This document shows positions 48,075 to 57,698 of a DNA stretch of 64,000 nt, one piece after another (the stretch's first letter is position 1; the number at the start of each line of letters is the position of its first letter). The position numbers and the translations under genes are program-made. Origin of the DNA: Candidatus Krumholzibacteriia bacterium. GTDB lineage: Bacteria; Krumholzibacteriota; Krumholzibacteriia; WVZY01. The DNA is taken from contig JBHHVD010000001.1 in assembly GCA_046754105.1 (NCBI GenBank), forward strand, positions 42,733 through 106,732, in the 5' to 3' direction. The notes under the pieces were generated by a model. That model worked only from the letters and a program-made list of their open reading frames with translations. It was not told the DNA's origin and did not search any database.

Positions 48075-48484
48075 TCCGGCCGTCTCCACACGGTGATCGA
48101 TGCGCGACTGTCGTGGTTCGACTGCGCCCGCCACGGCAAGAGCACCTACAACATACCGGCCTCACGACCGCCCCCCTACCATATATGGCGTACCGCGATC
48201 TGCGCCGTCGGATTGCCGGTCTCATAACCTGTTATTAATGAATTTATTGCCGGGGCCGGATTGCCGATGGTGCAATTGTCCTGATTCTTGCTAGTGTGCT
48301 GTCCCGGTGGGGCCGTGCCCCCTTGGCAGGTGGCGCGCCGATCGGCCCCTCCGGCAGGCCAGTTAGGGCTGGGGCGCCCGGAGTCATCGGCGACGGGGGC
48401 TGTACCTGCACAGGTCCGGCAGGGGAACGGCTTCCCGGACCGGACGCCGGGGATTTCCACCCGCCAAGGTGCCAGGAGCGACGT

Positions 48485-50026
48485 ATGCTGTACCTTACAA
48501 TCGTGCGCAGCCCGAGCAAGCAGGAGACCCTGTCGATCCCCGACAAGGAACTGCCCTTTACCATCGGACGCGACAAAGAGAACAAGCTCTTCATCAACAG
48601 TACCGCCGTCTCGCGGTTTCATGCCGTCCTGTTCGCCGAGCATGGGGAATATTTCGTCCAGGACATGGAGAGCACGAACGGCACCTTTCTCAACGGCAAG
48701 AAAGTCAAGAAATCCAGGGTCCACCCCGGCGACCGGGTCACGGTTGCCAACATCGATATCGTCATCGACGCGGCTCCCACGCCCCTGACGGATTTCAAGC
48801 TTCCGCTGGACCTGACCGTGTCCATCGACAATCCGATCGCCAGCGGTGCGACCATCACCATCAAGAATCCGGACCGCGAGCTCCTGCTCGACGACCTGGA
48901 GACCACGGCCGCCCACGACCTGTCGAAGTCGTATTCGGCTCTGCAGGTGCTCTACCGCGCGGACCGCGTGCTGCGGGATATAGAAGATTTCAAACAGCTG
49001 CTGGAGAACTTCATGGACCTCATCGCCGAAGTTATACCCTCGACCCGTGGGTACATATTCCTCCTCAACGCGGAGAACGGGCTGCCGGTACCGTACGTGC
49101 GCCGGGCACCGGGCTCGGCGGGCACCGACACCGAAATCGTTGTCAGCAAGACGATCTTGAAAACGGCAGTTGAGAAAAAAGAATCGTTGATCTCAAAAGA
49201 CGCGCTCGTCGACGAGCGGTTCGCGCATTCGAGGAGCGTGGCCGACTACAAGGTGAGAAGCGCTGTTTGCGCGCCCCTGCTAAACCGGGGAAAGGTCCTC
49301 GGCATTATCTATCTGGACTCGACGGACAAGTCGAATCTGTACTCGAAGGACGACCTTTCGCTGCTCTCAGCCATGGCACTCAAGGCCGGCATCGCTCTGG
49401 ACAACGCGCGGCTCTACGACGACATGCGCAACCTGTTCTTCAACACCGTCGAGACTCTGGTACGCGCCATCCAGGCGCGCGACCCCTACACAAGCGGCCA
49501 CTCCGCACGGGTCACGCGGTACTGCCTGTTGATTGCGGAAAGACTACAGCTGAGCACAAAGGAAAAGCAGCATCTCTATTTGACGTCGATGCTTCACGAC
49601 ATCGGCAAGATCGGCATACCTGACGACCTCCTCAACCGGCCGGGAAAGCTCAGCGAGGAAGAAATCGCGCGGGTACGGGACCACGTCAAGGTCGGTGCGA
49701 GTATGTTGAGAGCGTTGGGTGAGATGCACCCGATCGTTCCGCTCATCCTCCACCACCACGAGGCCTACGACGGATCGGGCTACCCGGACGGGTTAAAGGG
49801 CCAGAAGATACCCCTCATCTCGCGGATCGTCGCCGTCGCGGATACATGGGACGCGATGACGTCGGACCGCCCCTACCGCAAAGCAAGAACCATCGAGGAG
49901 GCGGTCGCGGAACTGAAGCGTTGCTCCGGAACGAACTTCGATCCCAAAGTGGTCAAGGTATTCCTGCAAACCCTCGAGGAACAATCCACCGCGGTGCTGG
50001 ACAAAGTCCCGCAACCGATCACTTGA
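48485..50026 (+). CDS. FHA-GAF-HD-GYP three-domain protein (putative c-di-GMP phosphodiesterase gated by phospho-Thr recognition)
   Basis: Start at internal Met MLYLTIV. FHA: FTIGRDKENKLFINSTAVSRFHAVL...STNGTFLNG. A central GAF domain follows. HD-GYP: LHDIGKIGIP...HHHEAYDGSGYPDGL. Confidence 0.85.
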   Translation: MLYLTIVRSPSKQETLSIPDKELPFTIGRDKENKLFINSTAVSRFHAVLFAEHGEYFVQDMESTNGTFLNGKKVKKSRVHPGDRVTVANIDIVIDAAPTPLTDFKLPLDLTVSIDNPIASGATITIKNPDRELLLDDLETTAAHDLSKSYSALQVLYRADRVLRDIEDFKQLLENFMDLIAEVIPSTRGYIFLLNAENGLPVPYVRRAPGSAGTDTEIVVSKTILKTAVEKKESLISKDALVDERFAHSRSVADYKVRSAVCAPLLNRGKVLGIIYLDSTDKSNLYSKDDLSLLSAMALKAGIALDNARLYDDMRNLFFNTVETLVRAIQARDPYTSGHSARVTRYCLLIAERLQLSTKEKQHLYLTSMLHDIGKIGIPDDLLNRPGKLSEEEIARVRDHVKVGASMLRALGEMHPIVPLILHHHEAYDGSGYPDGLKGQKIPLISRIVAVADTWDAMTSDRPYRKARTIEEAVAELKRCSGTNFDPKVVKVFLQTLEEQSTAVLDKVPQPIT

Positions 50027-50882
50027 GTTCGAGCTCTGCGATTTCCACCGTCGTTGCCCCTCCGTGTGTCGAGGCGAACTCGAGTCGGATTTGCCGGGCG
50101 CCCACCACTCCCCGGTCCAGTTGAATCATTTGCTTGGCGGCTTTGGCCTCCAGCTCGAACTGCTGGATCTCCTTGCCGTCGGCATAGAGCTTGCAGTTTT
50201 TTGGTTGCCCCGCGTCTAGCGTCCGCAGGCTGAGAACGCCTTCTACGACCCCGAAGGGACACGGGATATCCACGTAGGCCTTGCCCTGTGCGGCGACCGG
50301 CGAGCGCCACGCCGTCGTCGTGTCGCCGTCGAACGCCTTCCAAAGCGCGTCGCCTTCGGAAAGGGGCGCGGAGGCGGTTCCGTTCATCGCGATCCAGTCC
50401 GCGCGCTCTCCGGCCATGAGGCTGAACGATTCATCCTGGACGAGGGACACGACCCGGCTTCCCGCAACTACCCGGACGTCCCACAATCCGTCGTCGTTGA
50501 GTTCGACGGGCACCACGCTGTCGGGCACCATGTCCGCGAAATACCAGTGCCACCCGTGGGTCACCTGCGAACCCTTCTTGTTGATGTAGATGATCCCTCC
50601 CGGCGGTTTGCCGCCCTTGCCCCCATAGACGAGAACGCGGCCTTTATCCCCCGTCTCCTGACCCGGGAACGGCTCGTAGATCTTCTTCTCGTATCCGGCC
50701 GCCTCTGCCATTTCCGCGATGGACGCCACTTCTTCCTCCAGCGTCACCGTGCCGCCGGCGCGCCTCGCGATGGCCTGCAGATCCACTGCTCCACCGCTCT
50801 CGTCCTCGGACTTGCCACAAGACCCCAGCAGCAGGGCTGCGAGGACACCCGCGAACAACATTTCCCTGGATCCGAACCTCAT
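50019..50882 (-). CDS. Lipoprotein with a C-terminal beta-sandwich (discoidin/F5-8-type-C-like) domain, function unknown
   Basis: Internal Met gives MRFGSREMLFAGVLAALLLGSCGK, a lipobox. Last gene of the Ser/Thr-kinase operon. Confidence 0.55.
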   Translation of the reverse strand: MRFGSREMLFAGVLAALLLGSCGKSEDESGGAVDLQAIARRAGGTVTLEEEVASIAEMAEAAGYEKKIYEPFPGQETGDKGRVLVYGGKGGKPPGGIIYINKKGSQVTHGWHWYFADMVPDSVVPVELNDDGLWDVRVVAGSRVVSLVQDESFSLMAGERADWIAMNGTASAPLSEGDALWKAFDGDTTTAWRSPVAAQGKAYVDIPCPFGVVEGVLSLRTLDAGQPKNCKLYADGKEIQQFELEAKAAKQMIQLDRGVVGARQIRLEFASTHGGATTVEIAELELK

Positions 50883-51040
50883 ATGTACCTTCCTTTTCGC
50901 AGAAAAAATGAACCGGAGCATTATGCGGGACTCCGCGTCGAATGTCAAGACGCAACTCATTATACCGCTGGTGATTGTGGAAGTTGCAGAGGACGTGGAA
51001 AAAACCCGTGGGTACCGAGTACCCACGGGGAAGCCGGTGA

Positions 51041-52684
51041 CTAACGGTGCGCGGCTGGGACGACGACGCCCCCCGCAGTCTTGCCCAGCAAGTAGACGAC
51101 CACGTTTTCCAACAGCCAGGCGCCGTCTTGCGTCAGGTTGTCGGGGCTGACCTCCACGCCGTTGAAACCCCATAAAAGGTTGGTCGCCGTTCCCAGGACG
51201 ACGGTGGTGGTTTCCTCGACCAGGGGATGCAGGAGCATCAGCGGTGCCCGGGCGGCGAAAGGGGTCACGTTGTTGTTGCCGGAAAACGGGACGGAAAGCA
51301 TCTCGAGGTTGCGCGTGTAGACGCCCAGAAGCGACCCCGCGGTGGCGTTCAGCGGGTTCGGCAGATTATAAACGTCGTCGGCCGGGTCGACCACGTAGAG
51401 CCCCGACTGAAAGCTGGTCTGGGCACCACCGAAGCCAAGTGTCAGACCGATATTCTCGAAATAGGACGCCCCGCCGGCGCCTATACCGAGCACCATCGTG
51501 CCACTCTGCGCGATGGCATCGGTCTGGGGCTGGTATGCCCCCTGCCAGCCGGTGACGTCCTGGGCCGCGTCCCAGCCGATAACGACCACGTCGAACAACA
51601 CCGGGCTCACGGCGAAATCCTTTGGCAGCACGCGTACGGCCGCCTGTCCGGTGGTTTCCCAGTACGACTCGATCTCCTGTTCGAAGAGCGCCGCCGCTGC
51701 CGTATCTCCCTGACCCTGGACGTCGGTGATGTAGGCGATGTTCTGCACGCGCACGTAATCGGCCGACCAGGCGGTGCCCAGAGCGTTGTCCACCATAACC
51801 ACGTCAGAGGTGCCTTTCAGCGGCACCTGCACCTGGACGAGCAACTGGTCGGTCGCCGCGGTGACGATGCTGGCCGCGCGGCCGAAGATCCAGACCTGGG
51901 TGCCGGGGTAATCGAGATGCTCACCGAATACCGTCAGCTGAACCACCTGGCTCCTCATGGCCTCCGGTGCCGAGATTCCCGAGATCGCGGGAGCGGCATA
52001 GATGTGAACGTATTGCTCCGCGAACTCACTCTGCGTGTAGATGTTCTCGGCGGCCACCCGAAAATAGTAGTCGCCGCCCGGCAGGTCCCCTCCGTTTACC
52101 TGGGTAAACGTGTCCGTCAGGCCCGCTTCAAAACTGATAACGGAGAAATCGGGTACCGGACTTTCCTGAAACCGGTAGAAACCCGCGCCGGGCGTACGGT
52201 TCCACATCAAATTGAACGTGGTCCCTTCATCCACGACGGAGATATCCCGCCAGAACGCCGGTAACACGAACGATCTGGCCACGATCGAAACGCTGGTGTT
52301 CTGGTCTCTCAGCACGTCCACCGCCTCGTCGACGCCGAAAAAGGTCATGAGCCCGGCTTGAAACAACTCTACCGCCACACGCTTGCCGGCCTCCGCGATG
52401 ACGGTCAGCTGGACCTGGGCCGTGCCGGCGGGCGGGTTCAGCGCTACGCCCTTGGTCGCTTCCGGCTGGCTGCCCGTACCCGGGCGGTAGACCTTTACCA
52501 CGACGGAATCCGCCGTGGGCAGCGCACGTGCGAGGGCATCGTCCATAGGGGCCGCTGCGCTCCCACCGCCGGAGAGCCGCAGGACGATCACGCCGTGCTC
52601 CTCCACGTCGGGGCTTTCCAAGAGCGAACATCCCACCGCGGCGAGGCTGATTGCGACCGCTAGTACAAGAATCTTTTTGGACAT
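51041..52684 (-). CDS. Large surface lipoprotein with Fn3/IPT-like repeats, function unknown
   Basis: Lipobox MSKKILVLAVAISLAAVGCS. Ig-like segments (…YYFRVAAENIYTQSEF…). Confidence 0.6.
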   Translation of the reverse strand: MSKKILVLAVAISLAAVGCSLLESPDVEEHGVIVLRLSGGGSAAAPMDDALARALPTADSVVVKVYRPGTGSQPEATKGVALNPPAGTAQVQLTVIAEAGKRVAVELFQAGLMTFFGVDEAVDVLRDQNTSVSIVARSFVLPAFWRDISVVDEGTTFNLMWNRTPGAGFYRFQESPVPDFSVISFEAGLTDTFTQVNGGDLPGGDYYFRVAAENIYTQSEFAEQYVHIYAAPAISGISAPEAMRSQVVQLTVFGEHLDYPGTQVWIFGRAASIVTAATDQLLVQVQVPLKGTSDVVMVDNALGTAWSADYVRVQNIAYITDVQGQGDTAAAALFEQEIESYWETTGQAAVRVLPKDFAVSPVLFDVVVIGWDAAQDVTGWQGAYQPQTDAIAQSGTMVLGIGAGGASYFENIGLTLGFGGAQTSFQSGLYVVDPADDVYNLPNPLNATAGSLLGVYTRNLEMLSVPFSGNNNVTPFAARAPLMLLHPLVEETTTVVLGTATNLLWGFNGVEVSPDNLTQDGAWLLENVVVYLLGKTAGGVVVPAAHR

Positions 52685-52705
52685 GTCTTTGACCTCCGTC
52701 GCGAT

Positions 52706-53323
52706 TTACTGGACTTGTATGCCAACGGTCACGCGGCCGGTATCGGCGGGGGGCGCATTGTCGCCCCCACCAGAGGCCGCTCCCGCGATGGCGAGGAGTA
52801 CGACACCCATGGTCGCGTAGAACCACCATTTCTTGTAGACCGGTTTGCCCGCCGGCGCGGCGGCCTCGGTACTGGAATCGGCCGCACTGGTGATGCCGGT
52901 GTCCGGCGCGGTGCGGATTACCGCCGAGGCGTATTCCGATTTGGCCTGGTCGAACGTCGAGACGACGATCGATTTGAAAACACCCGGATCCGGGCCCTTG
53001 TAGGCACCGTCTTTTTTCAGGAGTTTCAGGAACTGAGCTTTTCCCTCGTCGCTCGCGCCCGTCATGATCAGCGACGCGGCCAGATACTCCCGCGCCTCCC
53101 GGACCTGTTCGTCTGCAACGTCCTCGCGCTCGAGGAACTGACGCAGCTCTGAGATGGCCTTTGTGTAGTCGCCGCGAAAATAGTACTTGTATTCAATTCG
53201 TTTCAGATCGGTGTCCGCCCCGGCGAGCGCTTCGCGCGGGAAAAGGCACGTCGCCTGGAAACCGAAGAAGCAGATCATGACGACCGTCGATACGACCTTG
53301 AGACCCCTGCTTTGCCTCAACAT
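52706..53323 (-). CDS. Bitopic membrane protein with a TPR-like helical region, function unknown
   Basis: N-terminal signal or anchor, and a C-terminal TM WWFYATMGVVLLAIAGAA. Lies 37 nt downstream of the kinase gene. Confidence 0.45.
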   Translation of the reverse strand: MLRQSRGLKVVSTVVMICFFGFQATCLFPREALAGADTDLKRIEYKYYFRGDYTKAISELRQFLEREDVADEQVREAREYLAASLIMTGASDEGKAQFLKLLKKDGAYKGPDPGVFKSIVVSTFDQAKSEYASAVIRTAPDTGITSAADSSTEAAAPAGKPVYKKWWFYATMGVVLLAIAGAASGGGDNAPPADTGRVTVGIQVQ

Positions 53324-53360
53324 GGTAAACCTCCGTCAGCAAGGAACCGCGGGAATGTTT

Positions 53361-55676
53361 TCATCCATCCAGCTCTTCATATGTCACCGTGGGTTCGCTT
53401 CCCACTTCGTACTCGATAACGGTATCCACGCCCTCTTTCACCGTGACGCCCACCTCGCGTGAGTCCTGTTCCCGAAACATGTTGCAGAGAATCGTATGGC
53501 GCCCCGCGGGTACGACGGCGCCGGTAAAGGGCGGTTGCTGCTTGAACTTGCGACCGTCGAACCACAACTCGCCGACACCGCCGAGGAAGTACACGGATAG
53601 CCTCCCGTAGGCGAGCTTCGGTGGCTCGAGCGTGGTCCTGGAACCCTTTCTCACCGTCACCACTTCTTCGAACGCCGTCACACCGTCGAGCAGTTCCGCA
53701 CGCACTTTGTGTTTCCCCGCGGGCAGCTGGATCGACAGGTACGTATCTTCACGGACCTTTAGGTCTCCATCGACGTAGATGTTGGCCAGTTTCGGCAGCA
53801 CCCAATCCAGCCGGCCCGAACCCGTGCCCGTCTTCCTCCGGGCCCGCTGCCCGGGTTTGACCTGGACGACCAGCGTCTGCTCGGAGCTGGCGATTCCATC
53901 GCTGCCGTGGACGGGAACGCGATGGGTTCCCGCCTGGTTCTTACGGGGAGTCCAGACGATACGATCGCCGTTCAACGCCATTCCGGCGGGCGCGTCTTCG
54001 AGCGAGAACTGCACCGGCCGGCCGGACGCGCTCGCCGCTTGCAGTTTTACGTTCAGTTTCTTGCCGACCTGCGCGGTTGCGCCGCCGATCGCCTTGAAGT
54101 CCAGGGAAACGGGTTCGTCCACCACCTCGACCAGCGTTTGCGCCTGTGCCACGTCGTTTCCGTCGTCGGCAAAGAACCTGAGCTCGTGTGTGCCGGCCTG
54201 CGAATAGTCGACCTTCCACGTAAATTCCCCCTCCGCGGACAGGTCTGCACCGTCGGGCAGGTTGTCGCTGTAGAGACGTACCTTATCGCCGTCCGCGTCG
54301 ACGACCTCGATCCGGAATTTGACGTGTTGCCCTTCGCTGACCGTCATGCGGGGGGGCGGGGACAGGACCGGTGCGGCGTTCGCGCTGCCGCTCGATCGAA
54401 TCGCCGTCCATCCCCACCAGCCGCCGAAAGCGGCGCTGGCCGCAACAAGGACGATGAGCGGGGCCGCCAACCGGCCGCGGCGCGAGCCGGCAGCGCGGCG
54501 GGGCGGTCGTCCCCGGGTTGGTTTCGCCTTCGCCCGGCCGCGTATCCGGGATTTCGAGTCCTCCCCGTCTGCCTTTTTGGATAGCCCGGCTTTGTCGAGG
54601 GCGACGGTCGAATTCTCGTCGGGATACTCTGCCATGAGCCTGGCGAGATGTTTCCGTGCGCGGTCGTTGGTCGGATCGAGGTAGAGGATCCGCTTGAACT
54701 CCTGTACCGCATCGGTGATGTGGGTCTTGCCCTTCTGCATGAAGTAGGTTCCCTGTGACAAACACCGGGCGACCATCTTGTCTTTGTAGGCCTTCTCGTA
54801 CGCCTCGGGGTCCTTCATGTACCGCTGCAGGCGACGGCGATCCCGTTTGATCTCGAACTTCTCCATCGCCTTTTCAACGTCGGTAATGATATCGACGATG
54901 CTCTCGTAACGCCGGGAGACGTCCTTCTCCAGCATCCTGGCGACGATGTTTTCGAAATCGGGCTGGATGAGAGGGTTCTTGTGGGTGAGTGATGGAACAT
55001 CGTGGGTCTGGATCTTCTCGAGCACTTCCGAATAGGATTTTCCCTCGAACGGGCGTTTCTGACAGAACAACTCGTATGCCACGACGCCCAGCGAAAAGAT
55101 GTCGCTCTGCGGCCCAACGTTGTCACCCGCCGCCTGTTCCGGTGACATGTAGGCGGGTGTTCCGAGCACTTTTCCGGGCTGGGTGACGACGGTCATCGCG
55201 TCGGATTTCTTGGCCAGCCCGAAGTCGGCAATCTTGATTCCGCCCTGCCGCGTGTAGATGATATTCGCGGGCTTGATGTCCCGGTGAACGATTTCCTTGT
55301 TGTGCGCAGCCTCCAGCCCGAGGCAAACATCCAGCAGGATCGAGACCGCGATGTCGAGGGGGATTCTCTCGTAGTCCTTGATGAGGTCGGCGATCGTCAT
55401 GCCCTCGTAGTACTCCATGACGATGTAGTAGCAGCCGCCCGACTCGCCGAAATCGACGACGTTGACGATGTTCTCGTGCTGGACCTTGGCGGCCGATCGG
55501 GCCTCGCGTTCGAAGCGGCTGATGAAGCTCTCGTCGCTCGCCAGGTAGGGAAACAGCACCTTGATGGCGACGGTTTTGCCGATGGACACCTTGCGGGCCT
55601 TGTAAACGGCCGCCATGCCGCCCACGGCGACCTGCTCCATCGAATCGTAACCGTCTATGCGGACTTCTATTGCCAT
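53361..55676 (-). CDS. Transmembrane eukaryotic-like Ser/Thr protein kinase with extracellular Ig-like and PEGA domains
   Basis: Start at internal Met MAIEVRIDGYD. Kinase motifs VAIKVL, HRDIKPANII, DFGLAK, GTPAYMSPE. One TM segment. Two Ig-like repeats, then two PEGA-like repeats (…YVDGDLKVREDTYLSIQLPAGKHKVRAEL…). Confidence 0.9.
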   Translation of the reverse strand: MAIEVRIDGYDSMEQVAVGGMAAVYKARKVSIGKTVAIKVLFPYLASDESFISRFEREARSAAKVQHENIVNVVDFGESGGCYYIVMEYYEGMTIADLIKDYERIPLDIAVSILLDVCLGLEAAHNKEIVHRDIKPANIIYTRQGGIKIADFGLAKKSDAMTVVTQPGKVLGTPAYMSPEQAAGDNVGPQSDIFSLGVVAYELFCQKRPFEGKSYSEVLEKIQTHDVPSLTHKNPLIQPDFENIVARMLEKDVSRRYESIVDIITDVEKAMEKFEIKRDRRRLQRYMKDPEAYEKAYKDKMVARCLSQGTYFMQKGKTHITDAVQEFKRILYLDPTNDRARKHLARLMAEYPDENSTVALDKAGLSKKADGEDSKSRIRGRAKAKPTRGRPPRRAAGSRRGRLAAPLIVLVAASAAFGGWWGWTAIRSSGSANAAPVLSPPPRMTVSEGQHVKFRIEVVDADGDKVRLYSDNLPDGADLSAEGEFTWKVDYSQAGTHELRFFADDGNDVAQAQTLVEVVDEPVSLDFKAIGGATAQVGKKLNVKLQAASASGRPVQFSLEDAPAGMALNGDRIVWTPRKNQAGTHRVPVHGSDGIASSEQTLVVQVKPGQRARRKTGTGSGRLDWVLPKLANIYVDGDLKVREDTYLSIQLPAGKHKVRAELLDGVTAFEEVVTVRKGSRTTLEPPKLAYGRLSVYFLGGVGELWFDGRKFKQQPPFTGAVVPAGRHTILCNMFREQDSREVGVTVKEGVDTVIEYEVGSEPTVTYEELDG

Positions 55677-55985
55677 TTGCAAGATTCTCCGGCCGCCGTA
55701 TCCCGCCCATCGACGGAACGCAGCGTAACGCACTATTACGCAACAGGTTAAAAACCTGCATCCCATGTCCCGCGGGGCTAGTTGCAATAATTACGCCACC
55801 GGCGCCGAGGGGCCACCCCCCCCCAATCACGGCCACCGCGCTCGTCCGCGGCACACGCGGGACGGGGGAGCGCGCCGGCGGCGGCGGGGTACGGAGTTTT
55901 TGCTTGAGCGGCCGGAACGGGGGTTGTATAACTTGCCGAGCCCGAAGCCCGGCAAGAAACCACTCGGGGGGAAAAGGAGTCATCC

Positions 55986-56615
55986 TTGAGACGGATCGTC
56001 GTGATCGTAGTCGTCGTGCTGTCCGTGTGCTGCCACGCACCCGCATTCTCGCAGGTTTTTTACACGTTTGCGAACGCCCCCGTCGTTGCACCGGACAACG
56101 TGGTCACCGGCGCGTACGCGGCGGTCGGTGAGAACGACCTCTTCCGGCTCGGTGGTTTCGGGCGCCTGGGGCTTGTGAAATACTTCGACGTCGGCGTGGA
56201 GGTCCAGCTGGACCTTGTCGACGGAGACGCGCGTGGAGGCGCCGGGGTGGACGTCAAGCTGGCCGCCTTTCCAGAGACGGCCGCGATACCGTTCGACTTG
56301 TCGCTCAACGCCGGCGTGGGGTTTGTCGGTGACGGCGACTTTACACTGATCCGTGTGCCCATTGGCGGTATCATCAGCAGCCCGTTCAAACTGGATTCCG
56401 GAAAAGTGCTCGTCCCCTACGTTGGCGCGTATCTGCTCGTCGACAATATCGATGTCGAAGGCGGCCCGCTCCAACCGGACATCTCGGATACCGACGTGGA
56501 TGCCGAGCTCAGGGGAGGCGTGCGCTACGAGCTGGAGGGTCGATTGGACCTCTTCGGCACGCTGCACATAGGCCGCGGCGCGCTCTTTGCCGTGGGTGTA
56601 ACCCTCAAACTCTAG
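55986..56615 (+). CDS. Small outer-membrane beta-barrel-like protein, function unknown
   Basis: Signal peptide MRRIVVIVVVVLSVCCHAPAFSQ. Eight to ten amphipathic beta-strand segments (…VGVEVQLDLVDG…, …LSLNAGVGFVG…). Confidence 0.5.
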   Translation: MRRIVVIVVVVLSVCCHAPAFSQVFYTFANAPVVAPDNVVTGAYAAVGENDLFRLGGFGRLGLVKYFDVGVEVQLDLVDGDARGGAGVDVKLAAFPETAAIPFDLSLNAGVGFVGDGDFTLIRVPIGGIISSPFKLDSGKVLVPYVGAYLLVDNIDVEGGPLQPDISDTDVDAELRGGVRYELEGRLDLFGTLHIGRGALFAVGVTLKL

Positions 56616-56655
56616 GGGGGATGTGGCGCCCGGTGCGGCGGTGGCCACGCGCGGG

Positions 56656-57411
56656 TCAGCGGGCGCTGTCGATCTTCACGATCTGGACGGTGACGTTGTC
56701 CTTGCCGCCCTTCTTGTTCGCCAGTTCTACCAGTTCCTTGCACGCTTTCCGGGGGGAATTCGCCTTGAGGATCGCCTCAACTTCGTCGTCGGTTACCATC
56801 GTAGTCAGGCCATCGGAGCACAGAAGAAAAACGTCACCGTCGGCGGTCTTGTAAGGAGACGACGGAAAATCCGTCGCGAGTTCCTCTTGCGTCCCCAGTG
56901 AGCGCGTGATGACGTTGCGCTTGGGATGATTTTGCGCGTCTTCGTCGGACAGAATGCCGGACCGGACCATTTCGCCGACCAGCGAGTGATCTTCCGTCAC
57001 CTGCTTCAGCTTGCCGCCCCTGAGCACGTACGCTCTCGAATCACCGACATGCGCGAAGAAAGCGTCGCCCTGCTTGAGCACCATCGTCGTACATGTCGTA
57101 CCCATTCCGAATAGCTCGACGTCGGCGATGGATTTCCGATGGATTACGTCGTTTGCCTTGATGAACGACTGGCGCAACGCCTCGATGGCGTCGTCCGATT
57201 CGCTTGCGTAGTACCAGGAGATAATCGTATCGACCGCCAATTTGCTGGCGATCTCGCCGCCGCGGTGGCCTCCCATACCGTCCGCCACCACGTAGAGGGA
57301 ACCTTTTTCCGCCTGCGCCGTCTCGCCGTTGGGCTCACATTTCCCCACGGCGTCTTCGTTGTTTTGCCGAACCTTGCCGTCATCCGTAAGTTCAAAAGAA
57401 TCGAGCTTCAT
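56656..57411 (-). CDS. PP2C-family Ser/Thr protein phosphatase
   Basis: Start at internal Met MKLDSFELTDDGKVRQNNEDA. LYVVADGMGGHRGGEIAS and the downstream Asp motifs are present. Confidence 0.9.
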   Translation of the reverse strand: MKLDSFELTDDGKVRQNNEDAVGKCEPNGETAQAEKGSLYVVADGMGGHRGGEIASKLAVDTIISWYYASESDDAIEALRQSFIKANDVIHRKSIADVELFGMGTTCTTMVLKQGDAFFAHVGDSRAYVLRGGKLKQVTEDHSLVGEMVRSGILSDEDAQNHPKRNVITRSLGTQEELATDFPSSPYKTADGDVFLLCSDGLTTMVTDDEVEAILKANSPRKACKELVELANKKGGKDNVTVQIVKIDSAR

Positions 57412-57698
57412 TCGTCCCTTCCTGGACCCGCAACGTGTCTTGACCTTATCTTCGACTCGAAACCGAGTCAAGGGCAATGATTCGCGCCGTCCCGCAGCGC
57501 GCTGCCGCTTAAAAAATGCCAAAAACTTCTTCCTGGTGGAACAATCTGGCATATTTTACGCAGAAGATCCACGGAGTTGGGGTCCTGACAACGGCGTCCG
57601 GCCGGTCGTACTGTCAACCCTGTCGATGGGAAAATTCGACCCGTTTTCGCGTAAGCCCAGAGAATGTCTTCAATTGGAGACTCCACCGGAGGATATTG

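Noticed and set aside
47121-48134. 337-aa minus-strand ORF
   Set aside because: Arg/Gly/His-rich low complexity, antisense to a plus-strand ORF with clean TM helices (47271-48074). The plus-strand reading was preferred.
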